Assembly (NCBI GenBank): GCA_050575255.1
Contig: JBNZDD010013721.1
Coordinates: forward strand, 8,598,055-8,662,054
Source: Harriotta raleighana
Lineage: Eukaryota
Direction: 5' to 3'
Length of the DNA stretch: 64,000 bases
Shown here: positions 1 to 12,180 of the stretch, piece by piece
Layout: each line of letters starts with the position of its first letter
How positions within the stretch are numbered: position 1 is the first letter of the stretch
Notes under the pieces: model-generated
The model's database searches: none
Told to the model about the DNA's origin: nothing
What the model saw: only the letters and a program-made list of their open reading frames with translations
Made by a program: the position numbers and the translations under genes

Positions 1-1
1 A

Positions 2-680
2 GTCTCTCCACCTGATTCCAGATATCAGCAGCATAATCCACCAGGGACTATGTATTCAAGGTGCAAAGGCAGCAACCCCAGTCAACTAGGCTACCAATCG
101 TCTCCAGTCATGGTATCTACGATTCCCACAATTCAAGAGGGTCACAGATCAGTCGTAGTGCATCCTGGGTCACCTGGGCAACTAGCCATGCTGCACCACT
201 CGCCAGTCAATCAGTCCTCTGTTATGATTCACCATTCTTCAAACAATCCACAATCTTCTTCCATGCTTCACAATTCCCCAACCCATCACCAGTCATCCAT
301 GATTCAGCACCCCCCAAACAGCCAGCAGTTGTTGCCCCTGATTCACCATTCGCCAAACAGCCAACAGCTCAGGTACTGCAGCCACCAGGATTACCAGCAC
401 CAACTGTATTTAGAGAATGATGGCCAGGTGCCCACAGTACATGCCGCGACACCGCAGGGAGTGCATCACATGCAGCGGAGTAGCCCGACTCACTATCCGG
501 CTGTGATCCAGCAGCAGCACGCCTCCCACGGCGCGCCGAAGACGTCCAAAAACGTGCCCTCGCCAAGCCAGCTAGCGTCACTGACACTGGCTCAACAGGA
601 GTCGGAAAAGGAAGCCATATCTAATGAGGTCACCGTGAAGCAGGAACCTCAGAACCTGGACCAGGCGTATCTGGATGATG
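2..680 (+). CDS. NFATC2: NFATC2 penultimate coding exon, 3' part (C-terminal transactivation region); exon starts upstream of the window
   Basis: Frame is open from nt 2: VSPPDSRYQQHNP...HRSVVVHPGSPGQ...IHHSPNSQQLRYCSHQDYQH..Y.EN...YPAVIQQQ...VTVKQEPQNLDQAYLDD. This aligns by eye with recalled human NFATC2 (SPDARYQQQNP...HRSVLVHAGSQGQ...IHYSPTNQQLRCGSHQEFQH..YCEN...YPTVIQQQ...VTIKQEQNLDQTYLDD). Phase-1 donor G|GTAAGA at 680/681. Confidence 0.95.
188..373 (+). repeat. Degenerate coding tandem repeat, 5 units of ~12-13 aa
   Basis: MLHHSPVNQSSV / MIHHSSNNPQSSS / MLHNSPTHHQSS / MIQHPPNSQQLLP / LIHHSPNSQQLR. Confidence 0.8.
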
Positions 681-2114
681 GTAAGAAGCAATCCGATTCT
701 CGGATTTTAAAACACTGGTGTGACTCACGTCCCCAAAACATTTTATTTCTATAGCTCTTGTATTGCGTTATTAGCAAGGTGAGGGATGATAGTAGAATAG
801 GGCTAGGAGATTGGTTCCTTCCTCCCCACCGCCCCTCCCCCTACCCCACCCCCATCATTTCATCAGCATCAACTTCATCCAGTAATGTTGAAAAAGATTA
901 GCTGCAGAGTAAACTTTTCTTTGAAAAATTGTAAAAATGTATTGCATCACCACAAAGCCACCGACCTCCCCACACTGCTCAGAAAGGTTCATTTCCAAAA
1001 CCTTCTTTCCTTACAGAGAAAGAGAGATTCTTGTCAAAGTCTAGCAGTTTTATATAACCTCCAATAAAATGTTCTATTTTTTTTTGCTGAGAACTGGGTG
1101 AGAATGCCCAAACTCATTTCACTTTGGACAATTTAACAAAGCATCTGGAAAAGAAAGATTCGATCCTAACGATCTTGACCTGGATTCATAACCAGGGTTG
1201 TGGAGGTGAAAGTACATCGGGTAAATCTCCTCCTGTGAGCTGTTAGTGTAATTTATCCTGGGGTGGTTGCTCTATGACTTGGTGCCACAACAGATTGTCA
1301 TTCACTGAGACGGATGGCTCCTATTGCTGCACGACATGCATTTCAAAGGGCTTGTTATCCTCCTCACTACAAGCTTTTCCGTACATGCCTGGAACAATCA
1401 ATACTGCTTCTCTACATGGGTCTGTAATCTCCATCAGCTCCACTCTCAGGCTGTTTTCCACAATTTTCGTTGGTTATTTTGCTGTAGGCCTTGTTTGTTA
1501 CTGGTAATAACAGGAGCTGGGCATGTAGCTAAATAAACATAGTGTGGCAATACTTGCTGTGAAGCATGTTTTTTTTCCGAGTCAGCTGGGTATCTGATAC
1601 ATGCAGAACCCCAATCTCTATGCTTAAGAATATCCAAACCAGACTGAGAGTTCCACATATGTGTATGTATGTCATGGACATTTCCTGTGGCCGGAAGGGA
1701 ATGTGCACTCTCACTCTGGAGGGAGACATGTTTCCTGGGAGTATTAAATGGCAAGAACTGAGGCTTATGAGTGTTTTGGGGCATTAAGTTCAATAAGTTA
1801 AACTAGTATAGCTTGCCTCTGTCGAGACGTATCTGGCCAGCATTATGATTAGGATTTTAGCTTGCAGGTTAACAGCTGAGTGGGAAGAATCCTTGCTCAC
1901 AGTTTGACCTAACAAATTCTGCCAATAAGCTGGACTGTCATCAGTGTCCCCTGGAGTACTACAAACCTGCCTGGCTCAGATTCCATACAACCAAGACAGC
2001 CAGAAAGGGTTCACTCAATTCAGACATATCATTGTCCAGCAAGGCATGCACTCATCTGTCCACATTCTTTAACAGTCTAGTTTGGGGAGAGAGAGAATTA
2101 CATTCAGTTTTCTT

Positions 2115-2178
2115 AGCGCCTTGGGATGTCCTCCTGATGTGAAAGGCGCCATACAAGTGTAATTTTGTTGTTGTTGCT
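2115..2178 (+). mobile_element. L2-type 3' tail fragment (family A)
   Basis: agcgccttgggatgtcctcctgatgtgaaaggcgccatacaagtgtaattttgttgttgttg; recurs many times in the window. Confidence 0.75.
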
Positions 2179-2689
2179 GAACGTCACAATGTCCAAGTTC
2201 CCTTCAAGGAAATATATGTTTCTGAGCTTTCTGTAGACCAGCAGTTCAGAATACATTCATTCTCGGATTGCTGGCAGCTTCATGTTAAAGGATACATTCA
2301 CTCCCCAGTGATTGAGTGATGAAAGATGTACCAATCCCCATTGGCCTAGTGATGAAAGATGTGCACATATTAACTGCAATATGGAAAATTGCTTTCCCTG
2401 CAAGCAATTCATTCGGCTTTATTTCAGAATTTGGATTTGGACCATCTGAATTCCAGTCGACTGAATCTTTGTCCTAAAAAAAATCTGCTATATTTTCAAC
2501 ACAGTAAAGTGGTTTGAGATTTGACGAATAGCATTACAGAGTAGTCAAAAGTGTTATTAACATTATTGGATTATTAAACATGCTGTCAACCATAGAGTTT
2601 TAAATGCTATTTTAATAGGTGACGGTGCCTAAAATGGTCTTTACCTCATTTAGAAGTGATCATTCCTTTGAATGTATTTGGGTGAAGTA

Positions 2690-2860
2690 CTTTCATCAAC
2701 ATATTTAAGAGGAAACGTGATGCATCTGTGAGGAAGAAGGGGACAGAGGGGTATAGGAAAGGGACAGGACTGGTGGAGGTTTGTGTAGAGTATTAACACT
2801 GGCACAGGATGGGTCTAATGGCCTATTTCCCAATCTGTAACCTTCTATGAAGTTCTATGA
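2690..2860 (+). mobile_element. CR1-like LINE 3' end
   Basis: Purine-rich body, ...gggtctaatggcct...ctgtaac, ending in repeated ttctatga typical of CR1 tails. Confidence 0.6.
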
Positions 2861-3770
2861 ATATTCCCCTTATTAACATTGTTAGTAAACAAACACTTGT
2901 ATATTATTTTGAGGTAGCATAGCTCTAGTCCATCGGTGCACAAACTCCCCCTGAAATCAGTCATTTAGTCACATCTACAAATTGAGAAGTCGTCATAGTT
3001 TGGTGTGATGCGCATTCAGTTTTCGACAGGAATGTCATCGTTTGAGACTGTTGACTCTCATCATCACATTGAACCCCTTTGTTAGCAGCTACACATAGCA
3101 CTGAGCAGAATACATTGCCTTGTTACAGCATTTGCAGATGTACACAATACATTCCAGACAGCTGCAAATAATCCACAGTCTGTAGGGAGAGTCCAAGTGC
3201 CTACTGTTTGGCAGGGGAAAACGCTCCCTTTTTTTTCAATAATCATATTTCAGATAGTTTGCTAAAAAAAAATCCCCACTTATATTTCCTGTTTAAAGGT
3301 GATTGCTACGTGAAGAAATGACATATAAAAAGCTTAGAGGCTGAAGCAAATGCATTTACTCCTAAACTGTGCCGACTTCCACATCCTGTCAATGCAATCA
3401 AACTGATGTCTTTCAGCTTTGTATGGCAAGGTGATGGATGGTTGAGATACTTTGTTAAAATGGAACTTAAGAAGCTTCACATCAAACTTTTATCATTATC
3501 GATCATTTAAAATAAATGTAATCAATTTATTGTGAGACACGGTCCACCTCATTCTAATTCCAGTAGTTGGGGTGTAATTTATATTCACGCCTTACAATAA
3601 TCTATATAAAACGCTGCTCTTTATTTTTCAAAACAAAGAAAACTTTTTATTTGTCCTTTGCTGCTGCTTGTTAATGATTAAGTTACGTCAATCTAGTTAT
3701 ATAAAAGGAGTTATTGCAACTGATAGTAAGAGATGACTTTAAACTTGCTGTCCAAAAGAATAGTCCTACA

Positions 3771-3933
3771 TAATAATAATAATCTTTGCAATTGATGTAG
3801 CACTTTATCACCTTGTTGAGATGACTCAAAAGGGCATATTGTAAAGTGGATTGATTATGTTTTTTCTAGATGAAACGCGGTAGCCAATTGCGCACAGCAA
3901 TGTCCCACAAACAGTCATGGAGTGAGTGACCAC
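3771..3933 (-). mobile_element. Deu-domain SINE, 3' half
   Basis: (aat)n tail and gaaacgcggtagccaattgcgcacagcaatgtcccacaaacag, matching the full copies. Confidence 0.85.
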
Positions 3934-4404
3934 GTTGTTTTTTTTGGGTGGAGGGAGATTAATACCCCTGGAATTTGATTAACAAACAGGTTTCTACGGA
4001 GTCAAATAATACACACTGCGTCAATCTGAGTTTATTGCTTTTTGCACATCAGATACATCAACAGTGATATTACTGCAGTGACCTTTAATGTAGTGATAGT
4101 TTTCTGCTCCAAGGGATTTAATCCAATGAAACAGTAAATTGTTATTTACAAGACCTCCTCTGTTTATAACATTTATATTTAGAATGAATACATCTTTCTG
4201 GCAGTGTTCTCTCCCAACATGAGCTAATATTACATTATTCAGCACTGCAAAATATGCAAGTCCGAAACTTGCTATCCAATAGCAAATCTGAAACTGAGAT
4301 ATAATTTTAATTGGGGGAAAAAAAAGGTAGGCAGGAATCCTTCAAAGTCGGTAGATGAGAAAGAAGCCATGACCTGAGAGGGCCGAACCTAAATATTCAC
4401 ACAA

Positions 4405-4515
4405 AAAAAGGCAAAATATTGCAGATGCTGGAAATCTGAAATTCGCGGAGAGCACTCAACAGGTCAGGCAGCATCTATGGAGGGAGAAAGGTTATCGACC
4501 TGAAATGTTAACTCA
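4405..4515. repeat. Fragment of a common shark-type dispersed repeat (class uncertain)
   Basis: aaatattgcagatgctggaaatctgaa...actcaacaggtcaggcagcatctatggag...cctgaaatgttaact, recognised from memory of chondrichthyan repeats. Confidence 0.5.
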
Positions 4516-6169
4516 CTTTAGGCCACAGATTATGCCCCATGGTGTTATGTTTGAATGGCAGATAGTATTAATATTCAAGGGTGTTGTTTTGTTTTCTCTG
4601 ATTCATTACCTAAACATGCTGATACCTAACTTTGGGGATTTCCATAGTTGCCAACTGATGAACCGCCACGGACTGCATTGCAATTTACATTGTGCAATCC
4701 GTTTTACTGCTCGTGAACTGTTTGTTTTTGAACATCAGGATTTTTTGTGAGAATTGCTAGTGACTCTCCTTATTACCTCCTCTTGATTCAGGATTGCGCA
4801 ATTTGAGGCAACTCAACTGAACCGTGAAACATTCAATTTCACCTTCAATTTTTTCCCCTTCTTCGCTGTAAAGGCTCCAAGTCTTGACCTCAGTTGAGTA
4901 TAATCCAGCCATTCAGTTGCTTGCAATCAGAGAAACATCTGGCCAAATCTAAGACTGGCTTGATATCACAATTTACATTCCAATGAGAAGCATAATCTCA
5001 TAATCATAATCCCAGGTGTCAGATACCCGAGTTTTACAGTCACTGAATTTAAGTACTGTATTTAAATGAATGACTCCTTTCACTAAATCAGGAAATACGT
5101 AAATCAGAGATGAACTCATGCTAAGAGCAGGTCCCTGTACCCACTCACCCTGCTCTCTCTTCCATCAGGTAACCTGCACATCGCTAGAATTTCTTGTAAC
5201 ATGGCCGTTAGCGCTGCAATATGAGGAGGAAATCTATGAAAGCAAAATAGGTGAAAGGCCTAATGTCAGGAGTTCATTCTGGTTTCCTCTCTTGACAGAG
5301 ATGGAAGGTTGTTTCATCATTTTTCCAATAATGCTGTGTTTTGCGCCTTTTTTGGGGGCGTCTCTGTGCTGTTGATCTTGGTAGTTATTATATTGAATAG
5401 CGGGTTCATAAATGTGTCAAACTGCCCTATTGTTGGGTGATAGGCAAAGTACCGCAGAGGATGTTAACTGCAGAAATTGGGTGGATCCCATTGCGTGGGC
5501 ACAGCAAGCACTAGAGTGAATGGGGAAAGTTATCGCAGGTAAATCCCCTTAAAGATTCTTTGCAGGATAGAAGTTCCGCTGGATCACATGTTTGCTGTGA
5601 AACTTGTGCCATTTCTGCAATGACGTTTGCTACAGTTTCAATAATGTCATCCAAAAAAACATTGCCGTGAAATTAGAGTTAATTCATAACTTGGATTCCT
5701 CCACTTTGAGTTTATTCCAAAATGATTCAGTCCTTTTTTTTTAAAAAGTGCATCATTACTCTTTTTAAACCTATTCTGATAATACCCTCATCCAAAGTAA
5801 TTTAAATATTTTTGCATATTTTAAGCAAACTTATTTTGCAGCAAAAGCACTATTTTTCCTTTCTTTGGAATAATGATCAAAGTGATGCTGAAGCTGGGCA
5901 CTGTTCAAAGGATTTTATGGAGCTCATTATTATTCTATTAAAGCTTCTGTGGTAAAGCTAACTATGTAGGGCCTGGAGTTTTACGATCTGACAGAACTTG
6001 GTGGTAATGGCAGTGTACAGAAGTAGCAAAGTCTCACTGTTTTATTGTAATGCCGTGTGCATGTAAATCTATAGCGTACCATTTGTGGGTTTACATTGGC
6101 TCTCTTTCAGAGTAGAAATCCAATCTGTGTGCAGCTATTTAAACCTACGTTAGACATACTTACTTCTTC

Positions 6170-6365
6170 TTGGCTTCTTATGGTTAAGCGGGCAAAATGT
6201 GGTGCTGAGCTGCGAACCAGGAAGACCCCAGACATAATGCTCGGTCTATGTTAAATCAGCTGAACTCAGTCATAACAGTGGTGAGCACATGACTGTTATA
6301 TTTATCATATTTCTCCCAATCAAGAGAATGAAAATATCCGATGGTTTGGTTCACTACTCAGGCGA
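6170..6365 (+). mobile_element. Degraded LF-SINE-like element
   Basis: ctgagc...accaggaagacccca...cggtctatgttaaatcagctgaactcag resembles the recalled LF-SINE head. Confidence 0.5.
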
Positions 6366-6490
6366 GTTGTAGGAGAGAGAGTTCTTTGAACTTTCCTCTT
6401 TTTCAGTTCTATCAAAGTTTGATTTAAGAACGGAAGAATTGCTTGTCAAATGAAAACCAAGGTCCACCCAGTTCACCTTCCATCAATCAT

Positions 6491-6799
6491 AATAATAATA
6501 ATAATCCTTGCATTTGATATAGTGCTTTTCACGTCTTCCAGACGTCTCAAAGTATTTCACAGAATGTACTGTAAAATGAAATTAACTGTATATTTGTGGG
6601 CGAAACACGGCAGGCATCCAAATGCGCACAGCAGTGTCCCACAAACTGTCGTGGATTGAAGTGACCAATTTTTTTTTCTTGAGAGACTATTATCAGGCAT
6701 GTGGAGTAAGGAAACTTCCCCAAAGTTTCGGCCTGCCGGGAATCGAACCCAAGTCTCTCGCTTGCGAGGCGAGAGCTCAAACCACTGAGCTGCAGGACC
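6491..6799 (-). mobile_element. Full-length tRNA-Ala-derived Deu-domain SINE (short subfamily) with 7-bp TSD
   Basis: On the - strand: A box (gcagctcagtggtt), anticodon-like stem ctcgc-ctcgcaa-gcgag, B box ggttcgattccc, Deu domain, stem-loop tail and (att)n. CAATCAT occurs at both 6484-6490 and 6800-6806. Confidence 0.92.
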
Positions 6800-6806
6800 C
6801 AATCAT

Positions 6807-9160
6807 CCTAGCATTCTTTGCACATGTCATGTCCTCAACTATATTTTCAATTGATCAAATGCTACGGTCAGTCTCTTGCAATTATTAGAACAATGTATCA
6901 GGATTCTTAATGTTACATCAGCCATTATAACAGAGCAGAAACTATTTCACTCCTATTCTGGTGCTTCCGAAAGGTGCTAACATCCCATTCCATTACCATG
7001 AAGTACATCAATTCTCCTAATGTCCTGGCTATGATTCCTCTCTCACCTAATGCAGATTAGGAATGGTACCTGTCCTATAAACCCTCTTCTGTATCATATC
7101 AGAGAAAGAAGCCATTTTGCCACCACTCTCTTCTCATGTTCGACAGACTACTGGATCACTTAACCACACAGCGCTGCATTCTTTCCTGTCTTCTATTTGA
7201 ACTTAAATTCGCCTTTTATGTATATATATTTACACACGGTATTGCATCCTGCAGCATAAATGCATCAAACCCCATTTCAACACATCTGTTCTGCATTTCT
7301 TTAAACACAATCTGTTACACATCAACTACCTTATCGCTATCTTATTGCATATCTTTATGCTTATCTGATGAAATTATATCTAATTTCTTTGTTTGTCCCT
7401 TGGCCCTATCTGCAAGTCTTGTGAGCATGTTGATCCTATGCACTACGTCCTGCACACACTGAGAGTACTCATTTCTAATTTACTAGTTCTTCATATCAAT
7501 ATATGAATATGTTATTCTCCCTTAATGTTCTTACTCCATGAGAATAACCAATTTCTGTGGGTCAGTCATCTCAAACCAATGTTCATTTTACTTGTGTTTT
7601 GTTGCATGCTTTTGTGAGCAGCTGGAATCTTTTAAGTGAGGAGAACTTACCTAGAATTCTTTGCCTTTATATCCAGTTCATGTATCAGTTGTGTTGTTTC
7701 ATAACTAAATAAGATTCTACCAAAATAAGAGTTGCTTCCTTAGATTTCTTTCCAAAGGACATTGCTATGTGTTCTTTGGATTTATATTCCTTTGTTCTCA
7801 CCTGCACTAAGATCCACACACCTCTTATTTCTGATCTTACCAAGCTACATTGACTCCCAATATCCCAGCAGAATAACTTTACGATCCTTATCCTTCCCTT
7901 CAAATATCTTTTTGATCTTTCCTGCTGTATCTATACAATCTCTTTGGGCCTTATTCTCCTTTCCATACCTTCTACTCTTCCAAACCTGGTCCAATGCTCA
8001 CTCTTCATTCCTTCTGTCTCACCATTGGTGGCCAAGCATTCAGAGGTATGGTAATGTGTGTAGATTATGCCCGTCCTCTGGAATTCCCTTTCGAAATATT
8101 TTATCCTTGTTTTCTTTCCGTGCCTTTAAACCTTCATAAAAAAACAATTCGTTCAATTGTCCTTTTGATTACTTTTCAGTTCTCTTTTCCCTGTTCAGTA
8201 TTCCCTATTCTATTTATTAAACTCTTTTAAGATTTTCATCATATATTAAAGGTGTGATACAAGTACAAAATGTTGATGTGTATCCAATGCATCATCCTTT
8301 AAGCACAGTGGATGTGTGAGCACAAGATAGATTCAGTCTGTCTTGCAGGTACAATTTACTATTCCCAAATCTATTCCAACTTTAAGCCGAATGTCCTTGA
8401 AGTGCACTTCTTACAAGAGTCCAGTTAATTACCATTTGACGGGGGTGAAGGTAGCTGGTCTGTTGATCTAGTTTTGCTTCTCGCGTTTTAAAATCTTATG
8501 GTAATTTTCCATTCCATTGGCATTTCCTCATCTCCAAACTGCAACAAAATATTTCTGCTAATACGCCTCCAGTTTCCTCTTTAATTTCCTTTAATAGGTT
8601 AGGAAGCATCTCACAAGATTCAGTCACTCTGTTTGCTTTCAATTTTGTGATAACAATCTCTCTTCTCACTTCAAGTGCACTGGTTAACCTAAATGGAATG
8701 CTCTAATTTAATTGGAAGAATTTGGCATACTCTTACTGTTTTCTTTCATGAAAACTGAGAAACGTATAATTGAAGAATCTTTATTGTAACCTTCCTCTGG
8801 ACTTTACTTTTCAACTACTTTAGCAGTTTCTACTGAATATATTCCAGAAAAATCTCATCTTGGCTGCTTGATATCCTGAGAAATTTCCGTTGCTATAATT
8901 TCCTCCTTGCGTTCTTTCTTGGTTAGTGTTGGACAGTTTTCTTCTCTACACGTCACTACATCTCTTTTTCACTTAAAATGGTCCTTGCAATTTTTTACCC
9001 TTTGTTTTAAAGCAACTATTCTCAGCCTTCGAGATTATGCAGTTTACCTTCAGTACAGCTGAATACTGTTAGCTTCAATTTTCATCAAGTCTTCCAAAAT
9101 ATCGACTGTATTCTTCTAAATACCCATTGTCTCCTCTAGTAACTCTCTCTCAGCTGAAAT
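6807..9160 (-). mobile_element. Heavily degraded LINE, probably CR1-like, antisense (a short piece also lies at ~6430-6483)
   Basis: Long T/C-skewed stretch without an intact ORF; a CR1-like 3' end is split by the SINE at 6491. Boundaries are approximate. Confidence 0.4.
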
Positions 9161-11519
9161 ACTGTTACCTTCCTAGGAGGGAGGGAGTGGGGGAGAATAT
9201 GAATCCATTTGTTTTCTAGCCCTTGTAACAAAAAATAAAATCAGATATTGATTGATCACCACTGCCTCCATGTACTCTCACTTCCAGAACTCCAACCACC
9301 TCCGAGTCATTGCTTTGTCCCCAATGAGACTGCCACCTAGTTAAGTGCTGGAAAAGCATTGGTCAATAGAAATATCCATTGTTAAGATTGACTGGTACAC
9401 TGAGCAAAGCATTACAATGTGAAATGGGCAGAAGTTGGCATCATCACCTGGTACTCATTGGCTTGTGGAATTACTGTAAACTTTGTGTAGCAACTCTTGG
9501 TTATTATCATCCCTTCAGGTCGAGATTCGCCTTTTGACATTAAAGATCTAACCATCCAATTCCAATATTATCACGATCAATTGGATTCAATTATGATGAG
9601 CTAATTGAACACTTTAAAATCACCATTTGTGTCCAATCATCTGTACTTTCTCAATTTAAGAGGATATTAGAGCTCTAATATTGCAGCTGAATATTGTTAC
9701 AGTACATAGATTTCAAAAGTAGAGCCAAATGCAGCATTACAGATGCTGCCTTTGAGTACAGAATTGAAAGAAACAGTTCCCTTTATTGGTCTAGATTGGC
9801 TAGTTAGGAACATTATTCTTTTGCTGATAATAATGATTAAAATATTGTACGTATAGTTAATCAAAACAAGATGAATGTGGTGCTATACAAACACAGCCAC
9901 CAACTTTATTTGAGGACCTGCAAAAATGACATTGCAACAGTGAAACTGAATTTTTTTTACAGAAACTACATGGGACTTCTTCCAAAGGCTGGAGCACTTT
10001 AATAAGGTATGTAGAGAAGATTTAATTTCTGATGCCTTTGAATGACACCCTAGATGGGCAAAGCAAAAGGGATACTTCCGCTTAAATACACTGTGAAGCG
10101 ATTTGAGCATTGAATAGAGACCTGACTGCTTTCAGTTATGTTTCAATGGCCATAAAAATAGCCCATGTGTGCCGAAAAAGGGAAACCAGCTTTGAATCAG
10201 GGAGTCCCTGTCTGTAGCACCCAGACAGAAGTAAGCTGGAGCTGTTTCAAAACAACACAAATTAAATTTTCAAGTCTGCAAAATACAGTGCACTCTTTTA
10301 TAACTGGATGTATCAAATTTGTTATGATAGCAAAGTAGGCTCTATGGCAACCGTTGTAAAACACTGGTGCTGACTGCCCGGGAAGGATGGGGAAAGCCTT
10401 TTTGTTTGTTATTTCTGGCAGGGTTTTCTGGCTTGGCTTGCTCTTATTCTGTAGTGGGACCTTTGAGAGCATTCTTTTCCACATGAGAACCTCTGCCAAT
10501 ATGGCAGTTCCTCCCTCCTCTTCTCCCACCCCCCCGCACACCATCCACTCTCTCCCCTCCTATTTCCAGCTGTTTGCCTCCAGAATGTCTGATCTCCTAC
10601 AATCCAAGCATTTACAGTGGCAAAAGTGAGTGGAAAAAATGAAACATGCATGATATATCACAGTATTGTTAAGCACTGTATTGCTTAACAAGGCTTCCTC
10701 CTCTCCATAAACAGCTCTTGTAAACTGCTGTGCACAGTTATCTGCTATGCTTCTTATCCACTCACTGAAGTGCCAGACAGACTTAAAAAGCTTTTGATCA
10801 TTTTCTTTAACTCTGGAACAAACCAAAGGAAAAAAATAATGAGGGCCCAGTTTGCAGGTAGCCCTGTTGTGTTGACACTCAGCAATTCTGTGTTTTATCC
10901 TTTAATGAAAACCGCACTGGGACTCCTGTTTAGTGACTATAGCTCTGTAACTTCCAGCTTGGGGGAAGCTTCCGGCAAGAAACCCAGGAAAACACCAAAT
11001 AGCAACACAACATTGCCGCCCACTTCACATTAATCTATTCTTAATGTTGTGCTGGGTGACTAATACAGTGGCTGGTCAGTTTAGACTTGTGTTGTTGCAC
11101 AGTAGTTGCTATGTAGTAGAGTGTTTTCCTGGATCCAACCCACATTCCACTAGTCTTGCATACTTGTTCTTCACTGCACCATTAGTCATTGAGAGCTATT
11201 GAATAATTCTATGTGAAAAAAAACGGAAGCTAGTAACCAGCTTTCTTTTCATTGTTTATTCAGTGAAATCCGTGGGTAATGTAATGCGGGTTTTTTTCTC
11301 TCTCTCGATTCTGGCACTGGCTTTTCCCAGTCCTTACAAAGATGCCACGTTTAATCGGGACAGAAATGTTTTGCTTTGCTGAGCAATGCTCCCATCCTGG
11401 GAACCTGCAGTGTAGTTTGAGTTGTCAGTGTCAGAAGCTTTGTCTGGGTGATTATCATTCATGTCGAAGAAGATTATTTTGTGTTTCTGATCTATGAATG
11501 AAGCATTGGTCTTCCTGCT

Positions 11520-11584
11520 AAAGCGCTCTGAGATGCCGCCCGGTGTGGAAGGCGTTGTATAAATGCAAGTCGTTGTTGTTGTTG
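11520..11584 (+). mobile_element. L2-type 3' tail fragment (family B)
   Basis: aagcgctctgagatgccgcccggtgtggaaggcgttgtataaatgcaagtcgttgttgttg; matches the tail of the L2 at 31220. Confidence 0.8.
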
Positions 11585-12024
11585 GCCGTGGTGATGAGTA
11601 GGAAAGGAGTTGAGTTGCCTTGTAGGCAGTGGAAGCATAAACCAATTCGGTCATTGAGACATATACCTGAGACGTAAGGAGTTGTAAAGTGATTTGATAT
11701 ATTGAAATAATGCACGTATTTTTCATTAGGGAAAAGTTAAACTACACTTATAATGTGGCCTGTATAGATCTTAATATAATTTTTTTTTTAACAGAAGTAA
11801 TTCTGTATCTCAGAAATTACATGACTCACGATTATTCACTAGAGACACAATTAGCAAATTGAATCTGCTTTGCAGACATCGCAAATTAGACCCCAAAGCA
11901 AGGAAGAGGCAAGGAAATTGGTCTGAATTATAAAAGGCTATAATATGTACGAGATCATAGGAGAGTAATAGAGAAAATTGGCTTTGTTTTCCTTTTCATC
12001 TCAACATTCCAAAGAAAATATATT

Positions 12025-12180
12025 TAATAATAATAATAATTTGGTCACACAATCCATGGCTGTTTGTGGGGCACTGCTATGCACACTTGGCTGTGTTTCA
12101 CACATAGTTAATTCATTTCACATTATATTCTTTGAGACGTCTCAAAGTCATGATAAGGCGCTATATCGAACTATAATATA
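12025..12180 (+). mobile_element. Deu-domain SINE 3' fragment
   Basis: ttggtcacacaatccatggctgtttgtggggcactgct...tttgagacgtctcaaagtcatgataaggcgctata. Confidence 0.75.

Noticed and set aside
50-754. 234-aa ORF as a complete standalone gene
   Set aside because: The frame is open upstream of the ATG to the window edge and homology stops at the donor at 680; it is an internal NFATC2 exon.
11334-11726. 130-aa antisense ORF as a nested gene
   Set aside because: It crosses an L2 tail and (ttg)n tract and has no recognisable homology or exon partners.
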